Source: an uncultured Candidatus Rokubacteria bacterium
GTDB lineage: Bacteria > Methylomirabilota > Methylomirabilia > Rokubacteriales > CSP1-6
Length of the DNA: 64,000 bases
NCBI GenBank assembly: GCA_963754315.1
Contig: CAVWFS010000003.1
Coordinates: 97,261 to 161,260, forward strand
Reading direction: 5' to 3'
Below, one piece after another: positions 1 to 10,055 of the stretch. Under the pieces are notes generated by a model. It worked only from the letters and a program-made list of their open reading frames with translations, was not told where the DNA came from and ran no database searches. How positions within the stretch are numbered: the first letter of the stretch is position 1; each line of letters opens with the position of its first letter. The translations under genes and the position numbers were made by a program.

Positions 1-2
1 CT

Positions 3-794
3 ACCGCGTGGCCGTTCGTGACGGCGGTGGGGGTCGCCCTCGGCTTTGCCGGTCTGGTAACTCATGCCGCCGTGAGCGCAGTCGGGATCGTGCTGGCCCT
101 CATTGGCTTCGTGGGGTGGATGCGCGAGGTGTTTCCCCGCGAGCGCACCGTGACCATCCCGCTCCGCGCACAAGCGCTTCGCGCTCGCCCGGCGACGACG
201 AGCCGTCGCTCGATCGAGCACTTGCGACTGGGACAGGGCGCCCACCGGGTGCGACTGCCGGTGGCGGTCCGTCCGTACTCGGCCGGGGTCAAGGCCGGCC
301 TCGCCGGCGGAGTGGCCATGGCAGCGGTTGCGCTCCTGTTCGGGATCATCGTCCAGGGAAGCCTCTGGTATCCGATCAACCTCCTGGCGGCGGCCGGGAT
401 GCCCTCGCTGGCGGCAGCGGACCTGGCACAACTACGGTCCTTCAACGCCGTCGCCCTGGGGGTGGGGCTCATCGTGCACCTTGTGCTCTCCGTCCTGGTG
501 GGACTGCTGTACGCGGTCATCCTTCCCACTTTGCCGCGTCATCCGATCTTGTGGGCTGGTTTCATCGCTCCGCTGCTGTGGACCGCCCTGGTGTGGGCGA
601 CGCTCGGCCTCGTGAATCCCGTGCTCAACCAGCGCATCGAGTGGCCCTGGTTCATTGCCTCTCAGGTCGCCTTCGCCCTCGTGGCGGGCTGGGTGATCGC
701 GCGCACGGAGCCGATCGGGACGATGCAGACGTGGCCCCTGGCGGCCCGCGCTGGCATCGAGAGCCCGGGCGTGTTCGAGGAGGATGACCGGTGA
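3..794 (+). CDS. Membrane protein of respiratory operon, N-terminal CtaF/oxidase subunit IV-like segment (5' truncated by window)
   Basis: Frame open from the window edge (TAWPFVTAVG...). Multiple TM helices; overlaps the start of the cytochrome c gene. Confidence 0.7.
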   Translation, partial: TAWPFVTAVGVALGFAGLVTHAAVSAVGIVLALIGFVGWMREVFPRERTVTIPLRAQALRARPATTSRRSIEHLRLGQGAHRVRLPVAVRPYSAGVKAGLAGGVAMAAVALLFGIIVQGSLWYPINLLAAAGMPSLAAADLAQLRSFNAVALGVGLIVHLVLSVLVGLLYAVILPTLPRHPILWAGFIAPLLWTALVWATLGLVNPVLNQRIEWPWFIASQVAFALVAGWVIARTEPIGTMQTWPLAARAGIESPGVFEEDDR

Positions 795-1477
795 GGTGTC
801 GGCGGTGGAAGCAGGTCATCCTGGCCGGAGTGGCGGCGCTAACCGCGCTCGGCTGTGATCGGCTTCCCGGCCGCCCCAATCCCGATCAACGACCGATCCT
901 CCCGACCCAGGTTCGCGCGTTCAGCGAGCTTTACGCCGAGAACTGCTCAGGGTGTCACGGCGCCGATGGACGCCTCGGCGCGGCCCGCCCTCTCAACGAT
1001 CCGCTGTACCTGGCGCTGGTTGACGACGATACGCTTCGTCGAATCATCGGGCTCGGGGTGGCGCGCACAGCCATGCCGGGCTTTTCCCAGAAAGGTGGCG
1101 GGTTTCTCACCGACGAGCAGGTCGACGTGCTCATCCGTGAGATGCGGTGGCGATGGGGCCGCCCTGAGCAGTTCAAGGACGTTGCCTTGCCGCCGTATCG
1201 CGGAGTTGGTGGCGATCCCGCACGAGGCCGAGAAGCGTACGGCGTGTACTGCGCGAGCTGCCATGGCCCGGATGGTCGGGGCACCGCCAAGGGCGGCTCG
1301 GTGGTCGATCGGGCGTACGTCGCGCTTGTCAGCGACCAGAACCTCCGAAGCGCCGTGATCGCTGGACGGCCCGACCTCGGGATGCCGGACTACCGGAAGG
1401 CCGTTGCCGGTCGTCCGATGTCGGCCGAGGAGATCACAGACGTGGTGGCGTGGCTGGCCGGGCACCGGGTCCCGTGA
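791..1477 (+). CDS. Dihaem c-type cytochrome lipoprotein
   Basis: Lipobox-like ALGC. Two CxxCH motifs (CSGCH, CASCH), each followed by an MP distal-ligand motif. Confidence 0.9.
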   Translation: MRCRRWKQVILAGVAALTALGCDRLPGRPNPDQRPILPTQVRAFSELYAENCSGCHGADGRLGAARPLNDPLYLALVDDDTLRRIIGLGVARTAMPGFSQKGGGFLTDEQVDVLIREMRWRWGRPEQFKDVALPPYRGVGGDPARGREAYGVYCASCHGPDGRGTAKGGSVVDRAYVALVSDQNLRSAVIAGRPDLGMPDYRKAVAGRPMSAEEITDVVAWLAGHRVP

Positions 1478-1513
1478 ACACGCGCGGCTCGGTCGTGCCT
1501 CAAGGAGTGCCGC

Positions 1514-2046
1514 ATGTGTGATCACGGAGTGGGAGGGGTGACTCCCCCTCCGGCCCCCGTCTCCCGTCGGGGCTTTCTGTTCAAACTGGGAATTGCGCTG
1601 CAACGGGCTGGCGGCTCTGCTCATCGGCGTGCCCTTGGTCGGTTATGTCGCTTCAGCGGTCCGTCGTCGGGGCGAGCAGGCGTGGATCGCGCTGGGGCCC
1701 CTCGCGAGCTTCCCGGAGCGCCAGACGCGCCTGGCCTCCTACACGAATCCGTTCAGGGTGCCGTGGGACGGAAAGACCGCCGACATCCCGTGCTGGGTGC
1801 GCCGGCTGGAGGGCGAGCGCTTCCAGGTGTTCGCCATCAACTGCACGCACCTCGGCTGTCCCATCCGCTGGTTCCAGGAGTCAGGGCTCTTCATGTGTCC
1901 GTGCCATGGCGGCGTGTTCTACGAGGACGGCCGTCACGCGTCCGGGCCGCCCGCCACGGCCCCTCTACCAGTACGAGCACCGCATCAAGGATGGCCAGCT
2001 CTGGGTGCGCGGGGGTCAGATCCCGACCTTGTCGGAGCCGGTGTGA
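1514..2046 (+). CDS. Rieske 2Fe-2S protein of cytochrome bc complex (two apparent frameshifts near 1600 and 1955)
   Basis: Tat-like SRRGFL, then CTHLGC and CPCHGG in the second frame, and C-terminal PPRPLYQY in the third frame. Confidence 0.88.
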
Positions 2047-3492
2047 TGCGCATGGCCGACTGGTTCGAGGAGCGATTGCAGCTCAAGAAGCTCATTCTGC
2101 CCTCGGCCACCCACCCGGTGCCCCGCAGCTCGGCCAGCTGGTGGTACGTGTTCGGCAGCGCCACCCTCATCATCTTCATGCTTCAGATCGTGACCGGCAT
2201 CTGCCTCGCGCTCGTGTACGTTCCGTCGCCGAGCGGGGCCTATCGCGAGCCTCGAGCACCTGAACTACCAGCAGCCCCTCGGATGGTTCCTCCGCGCCCT
2301 GCACTTCTGGGGATCGAACTTCATGGTGGCCATGATGTCGCTCCACATGATCCAGGTCTTTCTCTTCGGCGCCTACAAGTACCCGCGCGAGCTGACGTGG
2401 ATCGTGGGAGTCTTCCTCTTGCTCTGTACCTTGGGCATGGCCTTCACGGGCCAGGTCCTCCGCTGGGATCAGGACGCCTACTGGGGGCTCGGGATCGGGG
2501 TGGCCATGATCGGGCGGGCGCCGCTGATCGGCGCGGACCTCGTCCATCTCGTCCTCGGCGGCGCCATCATCGGCGCCGAGACCCTGTCGCGCTTCTTCGC
2601 CCTGCACGTGTTCGTGATCCCGGGCCTCCTCTTCGGCCTCATCGGCATCCACCTGCTCCTGGTGCTCAAGGTCGGCATCAACGAGTGGCCGATGCCGGGG
2701 CGGCTGGTGAACCGGACGACCTATCGGGAGCGCTACGAGGAGGAAGTCAAGAAGGACGGCGTGCCGTTCTTCCCGGTGGCCGCCCAGAAGGATATCGTCT
2801 TCGGCGGCATCGTCCTCCTGGCCATCTTTGCCTGCGCTGCCCTGTTTGGGCCCTACGGCCCCAATGGACCGGCGGATCCCACCTTGATCCGGACGGTCCC
2901 GCGTCCCGACTTCTACTTCCTGTCGCTCTTCGCGCTGTTTGCCTTGCTGCCTCCCTACACCGAGACCTTCCTGATCCTGGTGGGGCCGCTGGTCGCCATC
3001 GCCCTGCTCCTCGCGCTGCCCTTTCTGGCCGGCACCGGGGAGAAGAGCTTTCGCCGCCGACCGATGGCGGTGGTGAGTGTGGTGGTGATTCTTCTTGTCC
3101 TCGGCGTCCTGACTTATCTCGGGGCCAAGTCGCCGTGGTCTCCTCTCATGGAAGGATGGAGCGGGGCGCCGATCCCGATCGGCTACATCAAGGGCCGCTC
3201 CCCGCTCGAGCTGCAGGGCGCGCTGGTCCTGCAGAACAAGCAGTGCCGCAATTGCCATAGCCTCGGTGGTGAGGGCGGACGGCGCGGCCCCGCCCTCGAC
3301 GGAATCGCCTCGCGCCTGACCCGCGATCTGCTCATCCGTCAGGTGCTCCAGGGGGGCGGAAACATGCCGGCCTACGGCAAGAACCTCGCACCGGCCGAGG
3401 TCACCGCTCTCGTGGCCTTCCTCGACACGTTGCGATCGCCTCGAGACCCCGTGGCTCGCTCTCCCGTCCCACCGCCTCGCCCGGATCGCTGA
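2046..3492 (+). CDS. Cytochrome b with C-terminal cytochrome c domain (frameshift near 2245)
   Basis: WWYVFGSA/QIVTG, YKYPRELTW, FTGQVLRWDQ, TLSRFFALH, Qo motif PDFY, C-terminal CRNCH...MP. Confidence 0.92.
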
Positions 3493-3525
3493 GTCGGCGA
3501 GCGGTCCAGAAGCAGGGGGCGAGGC

Positions 3526-4377
3526 GTGTCACCGATGCTGGTGAGCTTGTCGCTCCTGGTCACCGCCGCGATCTATGCGCGCGGATGGGTGCTGTTGCGC
3601 CGACGGCTACCGCATCGATTCGGATGGCGCCAGCTCCTCTGCTTCATGGCTGGACTGGACCTGGTTTTCGTGGCCCTCGTGTCACCGCTCGACGCCTGGG
3701 CGGCGAGCTCCCTGCTCGGACATATGGTCCAGCATCTCATTCTCATGATCGTCGCCCCGCCCCTGATCTGGCTGGGGGCGCCGCTGGCTCCGCTGCTTCG
3801 TGGTCTCCCTCGTCCTCTCGCGCAGATCCTGATCGTCTCGGTGCTCGGGTGGCCGCCACTCCGTCGGCTGAGCCGTGCCCTTACGCATCCGGCCGTCGGC
3901 TGGCTCGCGTTCGTCGTCGCCACCTGGGCGTGGCACGTTCCCGTGATGTACGAGCTCGCCCTGCGATCTGATGCTTGGCATCACGTGGAGCACGTCTGCT
4001 TTCTGCTCACCGCGCTTCTCTTCTGGTGGCCGGTGGTCCAACCATGGCCGAGTCGTTCGCGCTGGCCGCGCTGGGCCATGGTGCCCTACCTCCTGCTGGC
4101 TGAGGTGCAGGGCACCGTCCTCGCCGCCTTCTTCACCTTCGCCGGGCGGACGCTCTACCAGACCTATGCCGACACGCAGGGCGGCGTCTGGGCGCTCCAG
4201 GATCAGGTCGCGGCCGGGGTGCTCATGTGGGGACTCGGGTCGCTGGCGTTCCTGGTGCCGGCCGGATATCTGGTCATGCAATTGCTCGCTCCTTCGGGGG
4301 CGATGTTGGAAGACCCGCCCGTTCGCGCCGGGTCGGCGCTATCATGGCCTAAGGGAATTGCGCCGGACCGGCGATGA
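3526..4377 (+). CDS. ctaG: Cytochrome c oxidase assembly protein, caa3-type CtaG family
   Basis: HMVQH, WAWHVP, HHVEH and DQxAAGVLMW motifs. Confidence 0.85.
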   Translation: MSPMLVSLSLLVTAAIYARGWVLLRRRLPHRFGWRQLLCFMAGLDLVFVALVSPLDAWAASSLLGHMVQHLILMIVAPPLIWLGAPLAPLLRGLPRPLAQILIVSVLGWPPLRRLSRALTHPAVGWLAFVVATWAWHVPVMYELALRSDAWHHVEHVCFLLTALLFWWPVVQPWPSRSRWPRWAMVPYLLLAEVQGTVLAAFFTFAGRTLYQTYADTQGGVWALQDQVAAGVLMWGLGSLAFLVPAGYLVMQLLAPSGAMLEDPPVRAGSALSWPKGIAPDRR

Positions 4378-4419
4378 CAATCCCGTCCTCGCCTCGACGC
4401 GGCGGAAGGAGAATGACTC

Positions 4420-5130
4420 ATGGAACGGTCTGATCTGACGAGAGGCTGGTCGGTCCCGAGCGCGGTGTCCGACGAGCGGGTGACCGCCTTCTTGCGCAAG
4501 GTGTATGGCTGGATGTTCTTCGGGCTCGGCGTCACCGCGTTGGTGTCGTACAGCATGCTGAGTTCGCCAGGCCTCGTCCAGTCGTTGGTGGCCAACCACC
4601 TGGTTTTCCTGCTTCTCTTCGTCGCACAGCTGGGCCTCGTCTTCTATCTGTCCGCCCGTGTCGACCGTCTCTCGGTCTCGACGGCGACTTGGTTGTTCAT
4701 CCTTTACTCGGCCCTCACGGGAGTGACGTTCTCCGTCATCCTTCTGGCCTACACTGGAGCATCGGTCGCGACGACTTTTGTCGTCACCGCCGGGATGTTC
4801 GGCGCCCTCGCCGTGTTCGGGTCGACGACCAAACGAAGCCTGGCCGGGGTAGGCCAGTTTCTGTTCATGGGCCTCATCGGGCTGGTGCTCGCCTCGATCG
4901 TAGGGATGTTCTGGAACAATGACGCGCTCCAGTTCCTTATATCGGTGGTGGGGGTCATCGTTTTCACCGGACTGACCGCCTGGGATGCCCAACGCCTCAA
5001 GCAGATGGCCGCTTCGGTGCCGCCGGAACGGGTGGGATCGTACGCCATCGTGGGCGCGCTCACTCTCTACCTCAATTTCATCAACCTCTTTCTCTTCCTG
5101 CTGCGCTTCATGGGAGGGCGTCGCGACTGA
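4420..5130 (+). CDS. Bax inhibitor-1/YccA family membrane protein
   Basis: FLRKVYGWM, TAWDAQRLK, GALTLYLNFINLFL. Confidence 0.92.
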   Translation: MERSDLTRGWSVPSAVSDERVTAFLRKVYGWMFFGLGVTALVSYSMLSSPGLVQSLVANHLVFLLLFVAQLGLVFYLSARVDRLSVSTATWLFILYSALTGVTFSVILLAYTGASVATTFVVTAGMFGALAVFGSTTKRSLAGVGQFLFMGLIGLVLASIVGMFWNNDALQFLISVVGVIVFTGLTAWDAQRLKQMAASVPPERVGSYAIVGALTLYLNFINLFLFLLRFMGGRRD

Positions 5131-5198
5131 CCCACGCGACGGACGGTTCCGATATTCGAATCGCTCGCCTGCGAGGCACCACGACCCGCGAGGACGTC

Positions 5199-5624
5199 AT
5201 GAGACGTGCGACGACAGTGGCAGTCATCTGGGTAGGGATCTGTGCGTTGCTGCTCGCCAGCGCGGGCGGCTGTGGCCTCGCTGCGCCCACCGTGTGGAAC
5301 CCGGGGAACCGGCAGCCGATGATCGCGGGCTGGCAGCAGTTCTTCCGGATCCAGTGGGACGCAACGCAGCGAGGTGACCACGCGGTCGTTCAGGGTTTCA
5401 TCACCAATACCTGGGGCTTCACGGCACAGCGGATGCAGTTGCTCGTCACTGGATTCGATGCCAGCGGCACGTCGCTTGGCCAGGTGATCGCGTGGGGACC
5501 CAACGAGATCGATCCTGGCGCCAGGATGTTCTTCAACGTGCCTGTACCACCCGGTGCGGCAACGTACGACGTCGCAATCTTCGCGTGGGACTGGGTGCAG
5601 ACGGGCGGCAGTGTCTTCAACTGA
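5199..5624 (+). CDS. Lipoprotein, FxLYD-like beta-sandwich (paralog 1)
   Basis: Signal peptide with AGGC. Shares GWQQFFRIQW, TNxWGFTA and WGPNEI with the next two paralogs. Confidence 0.75.
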   Translation: MRRATTVAVIWVGICALLLASAGGCGLAAPTVWNPGNRQPMIAGWQQFFRIQWDATQRGDHAVVQGFITNTWGFTAQRMQLLVTGFDASGTSLGQVIAWGPNEIDPGARMFFNVPVPPGAATYDVAIFAWDWVQTGGSVFN

Positions 5625-5646
5625 CCGTAGGGGAGTTCATAAGCGT

Positions 5647-6069
5647 ATGTTGCGCTGTCTGTCGCGAATCCCTCCATGGATGGGTCTGGCGGGGCTGCTG
5701 ATCCTGTTACCGGCAGCCTGCGCCACCGGTCCCATGACCTGGCAGCCCGGGAATCTGCAGCCGCTCACCGTGGGCTGGCAGCAGTTCTTCCGGATTCAGT
5801 GGGATGCTACCCGGCAGAACGGTCAGACGGTCGTCGAGGGTTACGTCACGAACGTCTGGGGGTTCACCGCGCTCAACGTCCGCTTGCTCGTGAACGGCTA
5901 CGACGCCTCAGGTGAGATGGTGGGCCAACTCATCAGCTGGGGACCCAACGAGATCGACTTCGGTAGCCGCGTCTACTTCAACGTCCCCGTCCCGACCGCC
6001 GCCACCTATGACGTCTCTATCTTCTCCTGGAGCTGGGTCCAAACCGGCAACGGCGCCGACATGCGCTGA
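5647..6069 (+). CDS. Lipoprotein, FxLYD-like (paralog 2)
   Basis: LPAAC lipobox; same motifs as paralog 1. Confidence 0.75.
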   Translation: MLRCLSRIPPWMGLAGLLILLPAACATGPMTWQPGNLQPLTVGWQQFFRIQWDATRQNGQTVVEGYVTNVWGFTALNVRLLVNGYDASGEMVGQLISWGPNEIDFGSRVYFNVPVPTAATYDVSIFSWSWVQTGNGADMR

Positions 6070-6095
6070 GGCGGATCGAGGTCAAACCAGGAGGC

Positions 6096-6301
6096 TGGCG
6101 GAGAGACACCCGGGCGCCGGAAAGCACAGGTGTAACCGAGGGACGCGGGGAGCCGGGCGCGGCCCCAGGGAATTGGCGGAGAGAAACCCCGGGCACCGGA
6201 AAGCACACGTGTAACCGAGGGACAAGAGGGGCCGGGCGCAGGCCCAGAGCTTGGCGGAGAGAAACCCCGGGCACCGGAAAGCACACGTGTAACCGAGGGA
6301 C
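6096..6301 (+). repeat. Three tandem copies of a ~50-bp unit with 78-bp period
   Basis: TGGCGGAGAGA..CCCGGGC(G/A)CCGGAAAGCACA(G/C)GTGTAACCGAGGGAC starting at 6096, 6174 and 6252. Confidence 0.95.
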
Positions 6302-6368
6302 GCCCCGGGTCCCCCGGGGCGTCGCGAGCGCCCAGGGGGGCATGGGGGGCCCTTTCGAGGCCCCCCAT
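6301..6368 (+). repeat. Two-hairpin REP-like element
   Basis: CGCCCCGGG..CCCGGGGCG, GAGCGC, G-run, ATGGGGGG..CCCCCCAT. Confidence 0.8.
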
Positions 6369-6386
6369 TCCAACAGGAGGATCGTG

Positions 6387-6809
6387 ATGCAACGAAGGTG
6401 GCGGAACGTGTCCATGGTGTGGCTGGCTGCGATCCTGGCAGGCTGTGCGACCATGTCAGCGCCGGCCGATTGGCAGCCCGGGGACCTTCAGCCCCACATC
6501 AGCGGCTGGCAGCAGTATTTCCGGATCCAGTGGACGGCGACACCACGGGGGGCTGCTGGTGTCCTCGTCGACGGGCACATCACCAATACTTGGGGCTTCA
6601 CCGCCCAGAAGATACAGGTCTTGGTGAACGGATACGATGCCGCCGGAAAGCAGGTGGGTCAACGCATCGCCTGGGGACCCAACGAGATCAATCCGGGTGG
6701 TCGCGTCTACTTCGACGTCACCGTACCTCCCGGCGCGAATACCTATGACGTCAGCATATTCTCGTGGAACTGGGTGCAGGTCGGCTTCAACCTCGAGCAG
6801 CACCCATAG
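6387..6809 (+). CDS. Lipoprotein, FxLYD-like (paralog 3)
   Basis: AGGAGG RBS, LAGC lipobox, shared motifs. Confidence 0.78.
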   Translation: MQRRWRNVSMVWLAAILAGCATMSAPADWQPGDLQPHISGWQQYFRIQWTATPRGAAGVLVDGHITNTWGFTAQKIQVLVNGYDAAGKQVGQRIAWGPNEINPGGRVYFDVTVPPGANTYDVSIFSWNWVQVGFNLEQHP

Positions 6810-6822
6810 GAGCGGAGAAACC

Positions 6823-7662
6823 ATGGGCGGGTTCAAGGATCTCCTCGTCGTGCTCGATACCGCCAAGAGCTGTTTGACTCGTATCGATGTGGCGACCGGC
6901 TTGGCGAGTCGGTTCGGCGCCCATCTGACAGGACTGTACGTATCACCGCCGCCCCAGGTCCCGGCCGTGATCGAGGCGCAACTCACCCCGGAGCTCGTTG
7001 AGCTGCAGATGCGAACCTTGGGCGAGGCAACCACGCGCGTGCAAGAACTTTTTCGCCGAAGGTCCGAAGGTGGGGGCTTCCCCACCGAGTGGCGCGCCCG
7101 AGAAGGCGAGGCCGGCGAGGTCGCCACCCTGCACAGCCGCTATGCTGACGTGGCAATCGTGGGCCAGGCCGATCCGGACGACGACGCGCTCGGTTCAACC
7201 GGCGACTTGCCCGAGCGAATCGTGCTGGGCTCGGGACGCCCCGTCCTCGTCGTTCCCTACGCGGGCACCTTCAAGACGGTTGGGCAACGGGTCCTGGTGG
7301 CCTGGAACGCCAGCCGGGAGGCTACCCGCAGCGTGAACGATGCGCTGCCTCTGCTGGAGGGCGCAGCCAAAGTGACAGTCCTGGCCATCAACCCCCGCGG
7401 GGGATTGCGTGGTCACGGAGAGTTGCCTGGCGCCGATATCGCCTTGCACCTGGCCCGTCATGGAGTCAGGGCGGAGGCCGCGTCCCTCACGTCTGACGAC
7501 GTGGAAGTCGGTGCCTTGCTCCTCTCTCAGGCGGCCGATCTCGATGCCGACCTCATCGTCATGGGAGCGTACGGTCAGTCCCGCCTGCGGGAATTCGTGC
7601 TCGGGGGAGCGACCCGCGAGATCTTGCGAACTATGACCGTGCCCGTGTTCATGGCGCATTGA
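6823..7662 (+). CDS. Universal stress protein (tandem USP)
   Basis: FKDLLVVLD, GRPVLVVP, VAWNASREA, DLIVMGAYG..R...GGAT. Confidence 0.92.
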   Translation: MGGFKDLLVVLDTAKSCLTRIDVATGLASRFGAHLTGLYVSPPPQVPAVIEAQLTPELVELQMRTLGEATTRVQELFRRRSEGGGFPTEWRAREGEAGEVATLHSRYADVAIVGQADPDDDALGSTGDLPERIVLGSGRPVLVVPYAGTFKTVGQRVLVAWNASREATRSVNDALPLLEGAAKVTVLAINPRGGLRGHGELPGADIALHLARHGVRAEAASLTSDDVEVGALLLSQAADLDADLIVMGAYGQSRLREFVLGGATREILRTMTVPVFMAH

Positions 7663-7707
7663 CCATGATCGGGGGGAGCGCCGCCGCGCGAAAAGGGAGA
7701 GGATGAG

Positions 7708-8304
7708 CTAACTGAGAACACGGTGGCTGCGACGCCAGAGCGCGAAGCTGATCCACGTGGCGCCGCCCACGAGGAGCACGAGCGCGAGCCAGCTCTCGAT
7801 CCGGCGCACGTCGTCGAGGATGACTCGCAGGTGCGCCGTGAAGAAGTAGGCGATGGCGAAGTTCAGGGGGACGCCGTAGGCGATGGCCGCGCCGTCGGCA
7901 ACGATGAACTTCCAGAAGGGGAGCCTCACGATTCCGGCCGTGAGGAACGCGGCGGCCCGCAATCCGATCACGTGCCGGGCCGCAAAGACGATAAGCATTC
8001 CGTTCCGCCGGTAGGCGGCCTCCAGCGAGTCACGTCGCTTGACGTCCAGCAATCGCCCCACGAGGGGTAGGTCGAGGACCCGCTCACCCCACTGGCGCCC
8101 GGTCCAATAGAGCACGAGATCACCCGTGACCACTCCCGCGATGCACGTGGCGAGGGCGAACCACCAGCGGACGACACGCTGATGGGCGAGCACCCCCGCC
8201 GTGACGATGGGAACCTCTTCCGGGATGGGCAGCCCGATCCCCCCCAGACAGAGGGCCACGTAGATGCCGATATAGGGTGAACTGGCGATGAGCCGCTCGA
8301 TCAC
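7708..8304 (-). CDS. DedA family membrane protein
   Basis: GLPIPEE, GDLVLYWTGR, ARHVIGLR. Confidence 0.9.
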   Translation of the reverse strand: MIERLIASSPYIGIYVALCLGGIGLPIPEEVPIVTAGVLAHQRVVRWWFALATCIAGVVTGDLVLYWTGRQWGERVLDLPLVGRLLDVKRRDSLEAAYRRNGMLIVFAARHVIGLRAAAFLTAGIVRLPFWKFIVADGAAIAYGVPLNFAIAYFFTAHLRVILDDVRRIESWLALVLLVGGATWISFALWRRSHRVLS

Positions 8305-8317
8305 GCGCCGAGCTTCT

Positions 8318-8371
8318 CTAAGATTTTTCTCATCTCCGCCTCACGACGCTCTCACCTCGATCCGCTACGCT
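8318..8371 (+). promoter_or_regulatory. 11-bp-phased direct repeats (CTAA/CTCA x4) plus -10-like TACGCT upstream of degP
   Basis: CT(A/C)A at 8318, 8329, 8340 and 8351; TACGCT at 8366-8371. Confidence 0.5.
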
Positions 8372-8409
8372 TCCTCAAGACGCAGCATAAGCCTCAAGGA
8401 GGAGCACAC

Positions 8410-9934
8410 ATGACGGATCACGGGAACGTGGACAACGGAGGGGAACGGCGCGAGGTGAATCCGCACGTGATGCCGCCTGCCCGGCGACAGCGGCGCTGGC
8501 TGTGGCCGGTGGCGGGCGTTGCGGTGGCGGCGGCCATCGTGGGAGTGTCACCGCACATGGGCCTCACCAAGGCCTATGAAGACGCCCCTATGGACGGAAC
8601 GCCCGGCAATAACGGCGCCCTCGCAGACCTTAGCCCCGGACTGGGTGCGCCTGGGCAAGGAGATCAAGCCGGCCGTTGTGAACATCGCTATCAAGCGAGA
8701 CGCCGAGAGCGGAGAGGCGGGGCGAGAGGGCATGCCACGCGGCAGTGATCCGCGGGAGCAGTTCCGGCGGTTCTTCGAGCGAGAGCCCAAGCGGCCTAGC
8801 CGCGGGATGGGAACGGGCTTCATCATCAATCCCGATGGTTACATCGTGACCAACAACCACGTCGTCGACGGCGCCGGCCAGATCCAGGTCAAGCTTGCCG
8901 ACGGGCGCGAGTTCTCCGGCAAGGTCGTGGGCGGCGACCCCAAGACCGACCTGGCCATGGTGAAGATCGAGGCCACTGGTCTTCCGGTGATCCCCTTCGG
9001 AGATTCGTCCAGGCTGGAAGTGGGCGAGCCGGTCATGGCGATCGGCAACCCATTCGGGCTCGAGGCCACGGTGACCACGGGGATCGTGAGCGCCACCGGC
9101 CGCGTGATCGGCAGCGGTCCCTACGATGACTACATCCAGACGGACGCGTCGATCAACCCTGGTAACAGCGGCGGCCCGCTGGTCAATGCGCAAGGGCAAG
9201 TGATCGGGATCAACACGGCGATCTACAGCGAGACAGGCGGGTCGGTCGGCATCGGCTTCGCCATTCCCGCCAATCTCGCCAAGACGGTCGTGACCCAGCT
9301 GGCAGATCACGGCCATGTGGTACGCGGGTGGCTGGGAGTCGCGATTCAGCCGCTGACGCCAGAGCTGGCCAAGGCGTTCCAGCGCGAGGAGAAGAGTGGA
9401 GCGCTCGTCTCGTCGGTGACCGACGGCTCGCCCGCCCACAAGGCTGGCCTGAAGCCTGGTGACATCATCACGGAGTACGACGGTCGTCCCGTGGCGAAGA
9501 CCGATGACCTGCCGCGCGCGGTGGCCGAGACACCAGTGGGCAAGGACGTGACGCTTCGGATCATCCGCGACGGAAAGCCCCTCACCCTCAACACCAAGAT
9601 CGTCCAGCTCGACGATCCCGGCTCGCCGAAGGCTGCCAAGGCCGATGCCAAGGGCGCGCTCGGGCTCTCCGTGCAGCCCCTGACCCCCTCGCTGGCCAAG
9701 GAGCTGGGTCTCAAGACTGAGCAGGGCGTGGTCGTGGCCGACGTGGCCGAGGGCAGTCCAGCCGCCGGCGCAGGGCTTCGCCAGCGCGACGTGATCGTGG
9801 AAGCCGATCATCAGAAGGTCACGACGGTCGACGATCTGAAGCGGAGCGTGGACCGGAAGAAGGGGAAGGGGACGCCCGTTCTTCTCCTCGTGAATCGAAA
9901 CGGAGCTAGCCTGTACGTGGCAGTCACCGTGTGA
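8410..9934 (+). CDS. degP: DegP/HtrA (Do) serine protease with 2 PDZ domains (frameshift near 8585)
   Basis: TNNHV, DLA, GNSGG catalytic motifs and RGWLGV. RBS AGGAGG and TM anchor lie in the upstream frame. Confidence 0.92.
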
Positions 9935-9937
9935 CGA

Positions 9938-10004
9938 ATGGGGGCCTGAACAGAGCCCCCGTCCCATCGAACGCGAAGCGCCCCGGGGTACCCCGGGGCG
10001 CTCG
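9938..10004 (-). repeat. Two-hairpin REP-like element between convergent genes
   Basis: CGCCCCGGGGTACCCCGGGGCG and GGGGGC..GCCCCCAT on the minus strand. Confidence 0.7.
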
Positions 10005-10055
10005 TGATTTTCGGCCCGCGAGTCGGTTGTGGAGTCGGAGGCCCGCTCACCAGGG

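Noticed and set aside
6096..6301. CRISPR array
   Set aside because: The two spacers are homologous to each other, the repeat is ~50 bp, and no cas genes are in the window.
6096..6301. Canonical glycine riboswitch
   Set aside because: It lacks the GAAGGAGCAA and CTCTCAGG core, and the downstream gene is unrelated. Kept only as a candidate motif.
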